In this document: piece after piece, positions 47,121 through 59,357 of the stretch
How the letters are laid out: each line of letters begins with the position of its first letter
How positions within the stretch are numbered: position 1 is the stretch's first letter
Assembly (NCBI RefSeq): GCF_000315625.1
Contig: NW_005434673.1
Span: 978,828-1,042,827 of the forward strand
Length of the DNA: 64,000 bases
From: Guillardia theta CCMP2712
Lineage: Eukaryota; Protista; Cryptophyta
Direction: 5' to 3'
The notes under the pieces: model-generated
The model's input: only the letters and a program-made list of their open reading frames with translations
Told to the model about the DNA's origin: nothing
The model's database searches: none
Program-made: the position numbers and the translations under genes

Positions 47121-48772
47121 ATGCAGCGACTGGCAGGGAAGGTTGCAATAGTGACCGCGTCCACTGCAGGTGACAAGGAGGAGGGGAGAATGGGGAGGAG
47201 AGGAGGAGAGAAGAGAGTGAGAAAGAGCGAACCGAGTTGCCATCAGTGCATGTGATCTGGAGAAGACTTGTTGAGGAAGGAGTAATGAAGTAGAAATGCG
47301 GTTTCGGAAGGGGCGCAACGAGATGTGGGAGGTGGAATTGAGAGACAAAACTCTATGAAAACAATCATCTGTTTCTAGGAGTAGATTTATTGACGATATA
47401 CGATACAAAGCACTTGTTCCTGGTGCGCTCAACGCTGTTTGATAGCTGTAGTGGGCCGAAATCTCTACTTTCGCAAACTGACGACGGACAAACTAGGGAT
47501 CGGACTTGGCATTGCCAGAAGACTTGCTCAAGGTTGAACCAACCTTCTCTGTTTCTCAATGTTGAGCTTGTTTGGTCTTCGCAGAGGGAGCAGGAGTTAT
47601 GATATGCTCCCGTAAACTTGAGAATGTCCAAAAAACAGTGGACATGCTGCGATCGGAGAACCTCAAAGTGGAAGGAATTCCTTGTCATGTGGTCGGTTGC
47701 TCATCAAGATACAAACATGTGAAGCACAGATGACACGATGTTCACTCAGGGAAAGGCTGAAGATCGTGAGAACCTCATCAAGGCAACTTTGGACAAGTTC
47801 GGTACGACTAAGTCCTGGCAGACGCCGACCATGCACATGACACAAGGCGTGACAGGAGGAAGGATCGACGCGCTTGTCTCGAACGCGGCAGTGAACCCCG
47901 GTGTGATGTGCAAGTGGGCATGAAGAAGAGCTCACTACTTGCTCTCACAGCGTACGGGCCCCTTCAAGAAATGAGCGAGTCGCAGTGGGAGAAAATATTT
48001 GATATCAACGTGAAATCGGTCGCTCCGTGATGGACCTCTGTGCCCTGAGAGATTATGTTGATCTTGAACTCTGCAGGCTTTTCTCTTGTCAAAGGAAGTC
48101 ATTCCAGTGATGCAGCAGGTAAAGGAAGCCGCTCTTTGACACGAGGGTACCCTAAAACTCGATTGAAATAGCAAAAGTCGGGTTCTATTGTCATGGTTTC
48201 CTCCATTGCTGCATACACGGCTATCGAGGGACTAGGCGCATACTCAATCAGGTGAGTGTCACTCTCCCATGCCGAAGAGATTGTCACTGGTGCTCAGCAA
48301 AACTGCTCTGCTCGGACTTTCCAAGGTCATTTGCAAGCTCGAAGCAAAGCAAGAGGGTTTATTCATCACAGGTCATTGCGCATGAGCAAGCTCAGTACGG
48401 CATCCGCTGCAACTGCATCGCTCCTGGAATCGTCAAGGTGAAAGCTCCTTCTCGAGCCAACCAGAAAGTGCCGACCCACTTGTTTACAGACACATTTCTC
48501 TGAAGCTCTCTGGACTGATCAGAAAGTGCACGACAAAGTCGTTAGACAGGCAGATCGTCGTTGGCTTGCTCATACCTGCTGACGAGGCTGGCAGGTCCCA
48601 TTGAGAAGATTCGGAGAAGCAGAGGATATCGCAGGTGCCGCTGCGTTTCTCTGTTCAGCCGACAGCAGCTATGTACGCGTTCATTTGCACTTTGGTGAGA
48701 GTCTGAGTCAACTGTCAGATGACTGGGGAGACCATGGTGATCGCTGGAGGAATGCTTCCTGCAAAGATCTAG
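47121..48772 (+). CDS. DHRS4-like short-chain dehydrogenase/reductase with PTS1-like C-terminus (-AKI)
   Basis: LAGKVAIVTASTAG/IGLG, IDALVSNAAVNP, YxxxK (AYSIS/KTALLG), IRCNCIAPG, GETMVIAGG..PAKI*. Confidence 0.9.
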
Positions 48773-49203
48773 AACTGTCTGACAGCCAAGACTAGAAATG
48801 GAAATCTTGTGACGTGTTTGTATGGCAGACTTGCTTCATCTTAGTTAGAGCAGCGCACTGGGTAATGAATACAGCAACACTACCCTCACGATACGATCTG
48901 TCTGAGGCTGACTCGCCTTGGTGTCATGACGGAGTTCCGCGCAGTCGGGCGGCTACAGCCCCTCATGTTTACCACATGGCCCCTATACTATAGCTGACCC
49001 GGTTATAGCTCCCTTGCGACAATACGAAAGGGTGTGCTTTCAGTCCATCGAAACAATGCATCTACCATCTCCACCGGACAATGATCCGAAAGGACACGAT
49101 TTCAAGAGATGCTGTCTGTAACCTCGTGCAACTTCTTCTGAGGGGGTGGGTGGGTGAGAGGCCTCGATAATCTTTCTGCGCTTCCTCGTCCCTAGCGCCT
49201 GCC

Positions 49204-49722
49204 ATGTCCCTGCCCCAAACCTACCACGTCGTCTATCCCCGCAGAAGTACCTCCCAGCTCGCTCTCCACAGAAAGCCCAAGATCTACATCACCTCCAACA
49301 AGATCCAAAGCCTTTTCCACCTCCGTCAAACTGACGCCGCCAGGATGCTGGTACCTTGCTCTCCTCCTCTCCTCTGCCACGCCCCCCCCCCCCCCCCCCC
49401 CTCATAACGACAGACCGAGAGAGCTGACTCATGTCCTACTCTACAGGGCATCTCTTTAACCGCGCTCAAGAACGCGTGCAAGCGGTTGCGGATACCCAAG
49501 TGGCCTTACAAGCGGACCTCCGACAGCGGCGATGATCACAACGGCGCGAGGGACGCACAGAGCGGCTCGTCCTCCTCAACAGCCCCTCCTGCCCCATCGT
49601 CGTCCTTGACGTCGGAGAAGGGCGAGAGAGAGAGCACACACGGCAGGACATGGACGGGAGGGCGAGGAGGACCGGGGATGGAGACATTGCTTGAGGAGGC
49701 CCTTGAGCACGCGGGCTGCTAA
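49204..49722 (+). CDS. Small RWP-RK domain transcription factor (2 exons, intron ~49351-49446)
   Basis: IT..KIQSLFHLRQTDAARML/GISLTALKNACKRLRIPKWPYKR. Confidence 0.88.
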
Positions 49723-50314
49723 TGGTCGGGTGAGCAACAGAGCATTCCGTCGCCTGGAGTGAGAGGGGAAGGCAGGATAGATGTTTAGATAGAAACTGTT
49801 AGTGTGCTATAGTATAGTTGTGTTCCTTTACCAGCAGATGTACTGATGGAGCAAACCGCTGAAGATGTGTTGATAAGAGGAAGTAACTAATTGAGTGTCA
49901 TGATTTCAAAAAAACGGGAGAAACTGAACAGCGCGACAACTGATAAGACTGATCAGCTTCTCATGAGCGTAAATTTCAAATCGATTGTTCAGAGTCGTCT
50001 AATCCTGAACTTCACACGCCGCCGCGGCTGTGGAAGCACTGCCAGCAGGTGGAGCAATGCCGAAGGGAGGAGAAGAGCGTTCGAGGAGGCTGCCAGATCA
50101 TCCTTTCGATGATCTGAGAGTATTGCGACTCAAATAAGCTTGGGCTTGGATCAATGCTTCTCGCAGTGATAATCGATGACATGTCATCGCGATCGACTGA
50201 GTGGGTTTGCTCATTTGTGACAATCAGGCTGGGATCTCAAATGTCATGCTACTAGCGTGCTATTAGACAGTAAGGAGTTGAACAACCGTACTGAGACATT
50301 CGCTAATGCAGCTA

Positions 50315-50602
50315 CTGCCAATCTCGGCTCAACGTTCACAACCTATTTGATCTGAGGCTTTGCGTAGAAACTGTCTTCTGTTCACAAAGCTTGTAATTCG
50401 GCTTCGATCTGAATGCTGAAGGCATTTCATACATTTCCATGACTGCCTATGAATCAACTTCGATGCACAGAATCTGCAATACACGATGGCACTCGGATCT
50501 CTTAGTGTGTGGCCCGGGAGATCTCGTCGGGGAGGGGGCGCTGCTGCGGATCAGACTGACATACAGTTGCTCTAGGAGGCTCTGGAGCACGCGGGCGACT
50601 AA
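50315..50602 (+). pseudogene. Decayed tandem paralog of the RWP-RK gene
   Basis: Remnants NVHNLFDLR (vs KIQSLFHLR), ISMTA..RW (vs ISLTA..KW) and QLL*EALEHAGD* (vs TLLEEALEHAGC*), with GAG->TAG at 50573-50575 and frameshifts. Confidence 0.62.
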
Positions 50603-50611
50603 TCAGCCTGG

Positions 50612-50669
50612 GAGTATGACTGCGAGGAAAGACATACAAGGAGTATGACTGCGAGGAAAGACATACAAG
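50612..50669 (+). repeat. Perfect 29-bp tandem duplication GAGTATGACTGCGAGGAAAGACATACAAG x2
   Basis: Identical units at 50612-50640 and 50641-50669. Confidence 0.95.
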
Positions 50670-51396
50670 CGTTTTAGTGAAAATTCCGAAGCTTGGCAGG
50701 CTGTCCGGTCACAGATTGATCCAACTGTGATTACTTTTCACACCGTAGTTGCGCTGCAACCATGAGCTTAGACGGACCTGTTAGTGCAAGAGGCATCAGA
50801 TCAGTAAAGAACTCGAGAGCTTGTGGTGCTTGCAAGTTACCAGTCATGCCAGTCATATGGCCGCAGGGGGACGAGCATCAGTCAAGTCAGCACTAAAAGC
50901 TAGATTCACTCAGATCCGGGTCCATTGATTCGATGGGACGGTCGCCTAGTACCGTAGGCTCCGAGTGAATTAACTAAAACCCGTGCCCTCGTGACCTCTG
51001 GCTCCCTTGAAGTCTGAAAGGACATCATTTCGAGCCGTCTCGCCCTCACTATCCGTGATACTATGATATCGCATCCTTTGAGGGGCTCAGTCACTTGAGT
51101 TGATCAGAGCAGCGCACCGTCTCACACTAAAATAATTCACGTTTCAAGTCTTACAGGAGAGTTTTGTTTACTCGGGGCTATCTGACTGGCACGGCTGGCA
51201 TGCGATCCATCAGTAGTAAAAACAATACTTCAAGTAACCAGCCCCGCTGTCCCTGATCGGCGATCGGATCCCAGTGTGACTAAGGACTGAGTCCGACCGT
51301 ACCGGCGTGGCCCGCCGGGCCCGGGCAGGGCCCGGCCCGGTACTGTTATTATTAATGAACATCCTGTAACGTTTCATAACGATTGGGAACCGGAGC

Positions 51397-52873
51397 ATGT
51401 CGGGGTTGCAGGAGGCGCTAGTAGCAGCGGGCGGGGAGGAGGAGAAGGAGAGACTCCTGCTCCTGCGACGATGGAAGGACTCCATGTCCTTCCTCACTGA
51501 AGATCAGCGATCCTTCTGCATCCTCCTCTCCTCGTCTGACCCAGACTTTGTGCTCAAGACGTCATCGCCGCTGAAACTCAGTTTCACCCTTCCCGCTTCT
51601 TATCCAGCAGTGCCATGCCAGGTCTGTCTCCTGAACGAAGACATACCTTCGCACATTCGTGTCCTTGTTGACAAGGCCATCAATGCCGAGGCTAAGAAGC
51701 TGGCGGGGAAGACGATGGTTTGCTCCTGTCCTGTCTCGTCCTGTTCTCACCTGCAGCAGGTGCGCGAGCTTCTCAAGTGGTTCGACAACAACACATCCAC
51801 AATCTTCCAATGTGCTCTGGATGTTCACAACGCAAGGACGCAAGTCACCCCGCCAAGAAATGCTACCGCTCCTTCTCCTTCTCCCTGGACGCCCGAGGAG
51901 CAGAAGCTGCTGGAGGCCGCCATGAAGGAATTCCCGAGCACCATGGAGGCGAGCGAACGCTGGGCGTGCATTGCTTCCAAGGTAGCTGGAGGGAGCAGAT
52001 CCTTGTCCGACTGATCGCTGGGGCAGGTGCCGGGGAGGACGAAGAAGGACTGCATTGAGAGGTTCAAGGAGCTCAAGAAAGCGTTGCAAGCCTCCAGCAG
52101 CAAGTCGCAACCAGCACCGAAGGAATCCAAGGAGGAGGAGGCAAAAAGTGAGCAGGAACAGACCAAGACATCTCATGAAGGATCCTCTTCCTCCCAGCGT
52201 GAGTGGACGAAGCAGGAGCAGCAGGCTCTGGAGTCTGCCCTCCAGGTTCGGGCTGTAGCGCTCGGACGTTCCTCCTGGTGACTGAGATTTGCGAAGGAGT
52301 TTCCATCGAGCATGGAGCGCAAAGAGAGATGGACCAAGATTGCAGCGAGAGTTCAGACTCGTTCTATGCAAGAATGCTTCTATCGCTACAGAGTATGATG
52401 TTGGCAATGATGAAGAGGTTATGTTGATGGTGGTGTTTATCATAATCCTGATCATGATCGTGATCGTGAGGAGGAGTTGGTGGTGCGATGAGTGAGTGGG
52501 AGAGGCATGAGAATGAAGATGTGGGATGGAGGGTTGACGAAGATGCTCTACTGATGTGCGACACGGGAAGGATCTGAAGAGGATGCTTGAGGAACAACTC
52601 GTCCAGGCTGCCAAGCAGGTGACTCTCGCTACTGTGATGTTGATTCACAATGAGCAACTTGTTGGTTTTGTAGCAAATCAAGATAGAGAAGACCGACAAG
52701 AATCAGAAACAATCAGCTCAGGCAAACTCACTCTCTGCATCCTTTCACTTCACGATTGAGACGGAGGAGACCTCGAGAGCGAAGGTTCGTGTCCCCTCTT
52801 CAACCCTTCGTCCGTGATCCTTTCTCAGGAAGATAAGGGCGAAACCGACAGCGAAGAAGAGGACGACGACGAT

Positions 52874-52911
<38 letters not shown>

Positions 52912-54078
52912 AACTTCTAGTGAGGACGGGGACGGGGCACCACGATCGCACATCCACTACCTCGGTGAACAGGTTGCGCGGGAGAGCTCGACTGATTTTC
53001 TCGCCCCCACAGACACACAAGATGGGGCCGACGCGCTGGCAAACCTGACGAGCCATCACAGGTTTACGTTGGAGGGAAGGAGTGAAGGAGCGCTGACGAG
53101 GGAGGCAGGGGAATCCAACTGAAACTCAACGACCTCCTCCTGCTGGGCGTAAGCTTTGCTCAAGTCTCACTGATCAGGGTGCAGTGTGCTTGCAAGCGGT
53201 GATGTCGGGCTGAGGGGAGGGGGGGGCGGCTGATCGTTGTGAGAGCAGGTGCAGTCTGAACTTGGACGTCAAGGGGGGCAGGCGCTCGACCTTCGATGAG
53301 GACTGTACTCGATGCAGGATGATGCAATCGTTCGGTTTTCGACCAGACGTTCTGCATGCTAACAATAACTGTTGCGGGTGATGATTTCTACTCCTCCTCC
53401 TCCCCCCCCCTCCTCTGCGAGCAGCACCGCGATCGCAACCACCTCTAGCATATATCGTCGTCGTCGTCGTCGTCATCATCATCGTCATCATCATCGTCAT
53501 CATCATCATCTTCTTCTCCTTCTTCTTCTTCTTCTTCTTCACCACCGCCACCACAATTCCCATCTTTCTTATTCTTTTGCAGATATATCGATGCTGAGGG
53601 TGTTGTTATCGTGGATCTTCTTCCCCTGGATCTGTGGGTCTCTTGCAGCAGTTGCAACTCAGAATCCGTCAGTCTCTCCTCCTCCTCCTCCTCCTCCTCC
53701 TCCTCCTCCTCCTCCTCCTCCTCCTCCTCCTCCTCCTCCGTCCTCCTCTTCCTCCTCCTCTCCGTCCTCCTCTTCCTCCTCCTCTCCGTCCTCCTCCTCC
53801 TCCTCCTCTCCGTCCTCCTCCTCCTCCTCCTCTCCGTCCTCCTCCTCCTCCTCCTCTCCGTCCTCCCCCCTTCTTTCTTCTTCCTCCTCATTCATCCTCT
53901 TCTCGTTCCGACTTTATCCTCCCTGATCATATTCCTCCTGCTCAGCCCCTCTTCTTTCAAATTGCCTCCTCCTCTCGTACCGACTGAGCTCTGCAGATGG
54001 TCAAGGGATTGAGCAGGGGAAGGAGAAACGAGTTGACTTGTTTCAACTGCCACCAGAAAATGACCATCGGGTAGCCTG

Positions 54079-54113
<35 letters not shown>

Positions 54114-54136
54114 TCCGCTGCTCCTGCTCCTGCTCT

Positions 54137-54190
<54 letters not shown>

Positions 54191-54648
54191 AATCTGCCCT
54201 CCACTTCATTTCGTCTCTGCCGCTCTCTCCTCTGATCGTCTTGCAGCTATGGTGACCCTGGCTTCACCAAAGTCGGTCCGAGCGAGAGCGCGCAGACAGG
54301 AGAGGGCAAGAGGAGCAAAGGGGAGACAAAGGAGAAGAAGAAGGATTTGCTAGAGCTGGTCCCCGGGAAGCCTCTGCCGGATCGGGGGGCATGCGAGCAC
54401 TACCGGCGATCCACGTGAGCCCACAGAGTAGAGGAAGAGAAAGTGGAGGCGATTGAAGGGGGAGGAATCGATGGAGGGGAGGGGGAGGGGGAGGTGAAGG
54501 TGCAGAGGGAGGAGGGAGGAGAAGGGAGAAAGAGAACGCACAGACTTGCATCCTGATGTTTGAGCAGCCGATGGTTGCGGTTCCCCTGCTGTGGGAAAGC
54601 GTATCCGTGCGACATTTGCCACGAGAAGGTCTATCATAACCTTCACTT

Positions 54649-54720
<72 letters not shown>

Positions 54721-55378
54721 CCCTGCTCCTGCTCCTGCTGCTGCTCCTGCTGTTCGTTTACCACAGCCCTCCTGCTCCTCCTGCCCCTTGGTCCCTCCTC
54801 CTCTCCTTGACAATCAAAGTAGAGCGGCGATGGTTGTCCGCCAGGCACGTGGGCGAATAGGATGATCTGCGGGCTGTGCAGGTGAGGAAAAGGAGAGTGG
54901 AGGAGGAGGAGGAGGAGGAGGAGGGGAGGAGAAGGACAGGAGGAGGAGGAGGAGGGGGAGGAGGAGGGGAGGAGAAGGACAGGAGGAGGAGGAGGAGGAG
55001 TGAAGGAGGTGGAAGAAGGGAGAAGAGAGAGGAGGGGAGAAGAAAGAGGAGGGGAGACATGGGGCAACAGGAATTGAAGCAAGTAGAAATGCAGGAAGAA
55101 CCAGAGTGAGGGGGAGGGCGAGGAGAGGGAGGGCAAGAATGAGGAGGAGGAGGAGAGTTCAGTATCTCACTTCGAGCAGCATGGAGCAGGGCTACAGCAG
55201 CAAGGGGTGCAAGTTCTGCTCTGCGAGCTTCAGCAAGCCGTCGAAGAGTCACTGGGAAGGAGGGCAAGGGTGCAGAGAAAAGACGAAGATGTCGAACAAA
55301 GACAAGAAGAAATTCTCCGGCAGCAAGTACAAGACCCACTCCCGAAAGTCGGAGAGAGTCGGGCAGAAGAAGAGCTGA
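51397..55378 (+). CDS. RWD-like + 2 SANT/Myb + acidic tract + C-terminal CHY-type zinc finger protein
   Basis: FTLPASYP (RWD); WTPEEQKLLEAAMKEFP..ERW..IA.KVPGRTKKDC; WTKQEQQALESALQ; CEHYRRS../WLRFPCCGKAYPCDICHE, MICG.C, HWEGGQGCREK..MS.KDKKK. Confidence 0.78.
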
Positions 55379-55760
55379 GGAGAGGGAGGAGAGAGGAGAG
55401 GAGAGGAGAGGAGAGGAGAGGAGAGGAGAGGAGAGGAGAGGAGAGGAGAGGAGAGGAGAGGAGTAGGCGAGGAGGNNNNNNNNNNNNNNNNNNNNNNNNN
55501 NNNNNNNNNNNNNNNNNNNNNNNNNNNNNNNNNNNNNNNNNNNNNNNNNNNNNNNNNNNNNNNNNNNNNNNNNNNGGAAGTGGTGATGGTGGTGGTGGTG
55601 GTGGTGGTGATGGTGGTGGTGATGGTGGTGGTGATGGTGGTGGAGGAGATGGTGGTGGTGTAGGAGGAGGAGGAGGTGATGGTGGAGTAGTAGTAGTAGT
55701 AGGAGGAGGAGGAGGAGGAGGAGGAGGTGATGGTGGAGTAGTAGTAGTAGGAGGAGGAGG
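53445..55760. repeat. Cluster of intronic and downstream microsatellites ((CGT/CAT/CTT)n, (CCT)n, (CTCCTG)n, (GAGAG)n, (GGT)n) with a 100-N gap at 55476-55575
   Basis: Directly visible. Confidence 0.9.
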
Positions 55761-55809
55761 ATCAGCTGTAATACCTGCGTCCTTCTCGCTGCTCTTTGCT
55801 CGCTCGATC

Positions 55810-57160
55810 TCAAACTGGAATGTCGGAGGATTCAATCAGGATGTGCACAAACCAGCGATGGGGTAAGAAAGGAGCAAGGAGCAAGGAGGAAAACATCACA
55901 AAGGAAGGAGAAAAATACAAACGACAAGAGAAGAAAATTTACAACAAAAGGGCATGACATTGAACCTGAGCATCTAGAAGAACATTCTCCAACTTCGACT
56001 TTGAGATTTCTATCATGTCATCTTTCTCAGCTGTTGCAGGAAATCATCTCAAGCAAACATGTCAAAAGTTTTGCTTCACCTTCTCCACTCATGAGATCTT
56101 TGATCTGAAAGAAAAGAAAGGACGTGATCAGATTGCAACAAGAATCCAAGAGGATCGCATGACACAACAATCCGACAGCAAACGCTTTCATCTCACCTCT
56201 TCGGGGAGGTTTGTGTTGATGCTATGTGAGAAAATCTTCATGTCGAACAGGAACGTCGTCAGCTCTCCCTGGGAAAGAACATCACAACCCAGCATAACAA
56301 GCAAGGACAACCACCTTGAACAACTGATCCGCCCTCTTGTCGTACAGGTCTTGGAGCATCGACGCCTTTCAGACTTGCTCAGCGGGGTGCGAGGAGGAGA
56401 GGCAGAGATCTCTGCTATCACCCAGTGCGTCGGAAACTCCTCCCTGTCAGTCTCGTTGTGCTCGACCTTATGGTGCGCGATCTGTGCATCGTCCTCGATG
56501 AACCGAGAGTACCTGCTGATGACAGGCAGGAACGTGATCCCAGCTTCGTATCTCCTTGAGATCTCGTAGTCGTCGAAGGAGGAGGAGATTTCGTCGTCCA
56601 CTGCGATGATGTAGGCGACGTGAAGGGCTGTGTACAGCTCCAGCCCTAGGGCGGCACAGAGGTCTGGAGGAGGCGAGTGAGGGACGTCAGATTTGTGATT
56701 GTAAGACCTCGGTGGAGAAGATATTTCATGTTGATCCTGTAGTCGTCGTCGACATCTTGGGGGATCTGTGGATGAAGATGATTGAGATTGATCCATGTCA
56801 TGATGATCAAACGAATCATCACGTCCCCGTGCAAGTGATGTTTGAGATGATGGTCGATGTGACATAACAGCAGAACAGCAAGTACATGTGATATCACATC
56901 TGGCATCGTGAGCAAGATAAACTTTGTACCTCAAACTCCATGACGGCTGAGACGGGGAAAATGTGTTCTTTGCACGCAAAGTGAAGGTACTTGATAGACT
57001 TTAAGACAGAATCCTGGCAAATGAGATAAGATACAGCATGGCAGGAAGGAGAAGGGAGAAGGAGGAGAACAAAACTTTGCAGGAGACGTAAAAACAAGAG
57101 TTGAAAGAGAATGCTCTACTTTGCTCGACCTTGACAACTCAAGTTCCTTTTTCAACAGGA
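55810..57160 (-). CDS. Hypothetical multi-exon protein (boundaries uncertain; may be linked to the adjacent coiled-coil gene)
   Basis: Coding-like stretch 56188-56660 (LELYTALHVAYIIAVDD..FPTHWVIAEI) with flanking GT-AG introns; no family recognised. Confidence 0.4.
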
Positions 57161-57357
57161 GCTCATCTGCAAAACATGATCAATCCTCAAAAAAAAAAAA
57201 AAACAACTGGCAAGCCAAACTTCGTGTAGTTCTCGAAAGCTCTTTCTGTGATGAAAGAGAAGTCAAAACATTACACCATCGAGAGGTTTTTGCTCCTTTA
57301 CCTCCAACTTCACGACATCGCGGTCGCTCCCTCCTGTCTTTATCTGATCGCAAGGAA

Positions 57358-58590
57358 TCAAACATCCAAGATTCCATCATCTGCTCGTCTCACATGACGA
57401 GCGCGAGAGATAGCCTGACCCCTGCTATCTCCCTCCACTTCCGGGCTCACTCTGTTCAGCTCGTACTTCTCATTCATCTTCATCCAAAGCCTCTGCTCCT
57501 CATCACTTGCAGGGATTGAATTCTTGCGCTCCCTCGCCTTCTCCTCCCGACCGTTCAAAGAGCCCCCCCCTCTCATCACAGCATGCAGCTCCTCCATCGC
57601 GCTGCTCAACTCCTCCAGCGTCCTCTCCAGCATCCTGACCCGCTGACTGACGGCACCATCCTCCTTCCTCTTGTCGTCAATGATCCGATTTTTTTCTTGC
57701 AGCTCGACATCGAAAGCTTGCTTCAGCGCATACATCTTCGCCTGGTCTGACGTCTGCGAAGCGTTTTCCCTCTCCGCCTCCAACTGCATCATTCGCTTCT
57801 CCAGGTTGTTGTTGCTCCCCAGCAGGGTCTGCACCTCAGCCTCCGCCCTCTCCAGCTCCTTGCGAAGTGTCTCCTCCATGTCGTCGGGAGGGGACCTCGC
57901 ATGCGTGTTGGTCCTGGAGACATCGTAAAAGAAGCATGTCAAGGCTCGCAGAGAAGGTCCAGGCACACTGACGCACCTATGCTTCGTCGAGGAATGAATG
58001 GCGTTGATCAGGCTACCCATGTGCTCGCTCATTCGCTGCTGCTCCTCTCTAAGCTTCTGATTCTCTTGCAGGAGAATCTCCAGCCGGTCCGGCTGGTCAT
58101 GCTGCGCCTTGTTCGACTTCATCCTCGAGATCTCGAGATTTAGCCTGTCCACCTCATATTGAAGTTCGGCATTCTTGTTCCGTAGGAGCCGAACCTGATC
58201 CGAGGACGCGTTCGCTGTGGCTATGGCTGCATCGCGTTGACTTTGAACAGCTGCGACCTTGGCTTGAATCTTAGCCATCAGCTTCTCATCGTCGATCCTC
58301 CATCTTCCAGACCTCTTCTTCTTCAGCGCCTGATTCTCCTGCTCCAACCTGCGCACCTTCTCCTCGAGAGCTCGCGTTGAGCTCTTCTCCGTGTGGAGCA
58401 TATTTAACTTGCCCTCGATGTCCTCCATCTTCGCCTGCTGCAGCTGCATCTTCAAGTCCATCAGAGTCGGCATAGACGGAGGAGGTTCGTAGCTCAGGAC
58501 CACCCCAGTGTCGCTTCCTATCTGGACAAGTGAAGCCTCCGACCTCCTCCAGTCCTCCTTCCTGGTCGTCGAACTTCGCAGAGGTTCCAT
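57358..58590 (-). CDS. Coiled-coil protein of unknown function
   Basis: Long E/K/Q/L heptad-rich ORF; ATG at 58590 (MEPLRSS); probable small in-frame intron near 57925-57975. Confidence 0.7.
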   Translation of the reverse strand: MEPLRSSTTRKEDWRRSEASLVQIGSDTGVVLSYEPPPSMPTLMDLKMQLQQAKMEDIEGKLNMLHTEKSSTRALEEKVRRLEQENQALKKKRSGRWRIDDEKLMAKIQAKVAAVQSQRDAAIATANASSDQVRLLRNKNAELQYEVDRLNLEISRMKSNKAQHDQPDRLEILLQENQKLREEQQRMSEHMGSLINAIHSSTKHRCVSVPGPSLRALTCFFYDVSRTNTHARSPPDDMEETLRKELERAEAEVQTLLGSNNNLEKRMMQLEAERENASQTSDQAKMYALKQAFDVELQEKNRIIDDKRKEDGAVSQRVRMLERTLEELSSAMEELHAVMRGGGSLNGREEKARERKNSIPASDEEQRLWMKMNEKYELNRVSPEVEGDSRGQAISRARHVRRADDGILDV

Positions 58591-58787
58591 CACTCCCCCT
58601 AGCGCAGGAGGTCTGACTGGAACCTCTCCTACGGATCCTCCTCCTCCTCCTCCTCCTCCTCTCTCTGCTCCCCATTCCCGCAATCCTCCTCTTCCCCAGT
58701 CAAGCGCCTGCATTCGATAACGACCAGTTGGACTACCCCTACAAGGTCCTGAAGATACCCCACCATTATACTTACAGAATACCCCTA

Positions 58788-59213
<426 letters not shown>

Positions 59214-59357
59214 TCAGAATCATGAGGTAACTTGTAAGCAAGAGGAAGGAAAGATTATCATCAATAGGTACACTTCTGTAAGGAATAGATCGAGGGTGAG
59301 ACAGTGGACAAGTTAGAGGAATACAAACAGAATAGATTATGACTGTTTTTCCTATGA

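Noticed and set aside
49891-50112. Third RWP-RK remnant (AFEEAARS)
   Set aside because: Similarity too short and no RWP-RK core residues.
50612-50669. 29-bp direct repeat as a CRISPR array
   Set aside because: Two adjacent copies with no spacer, no cas genes, eukaryotic context.
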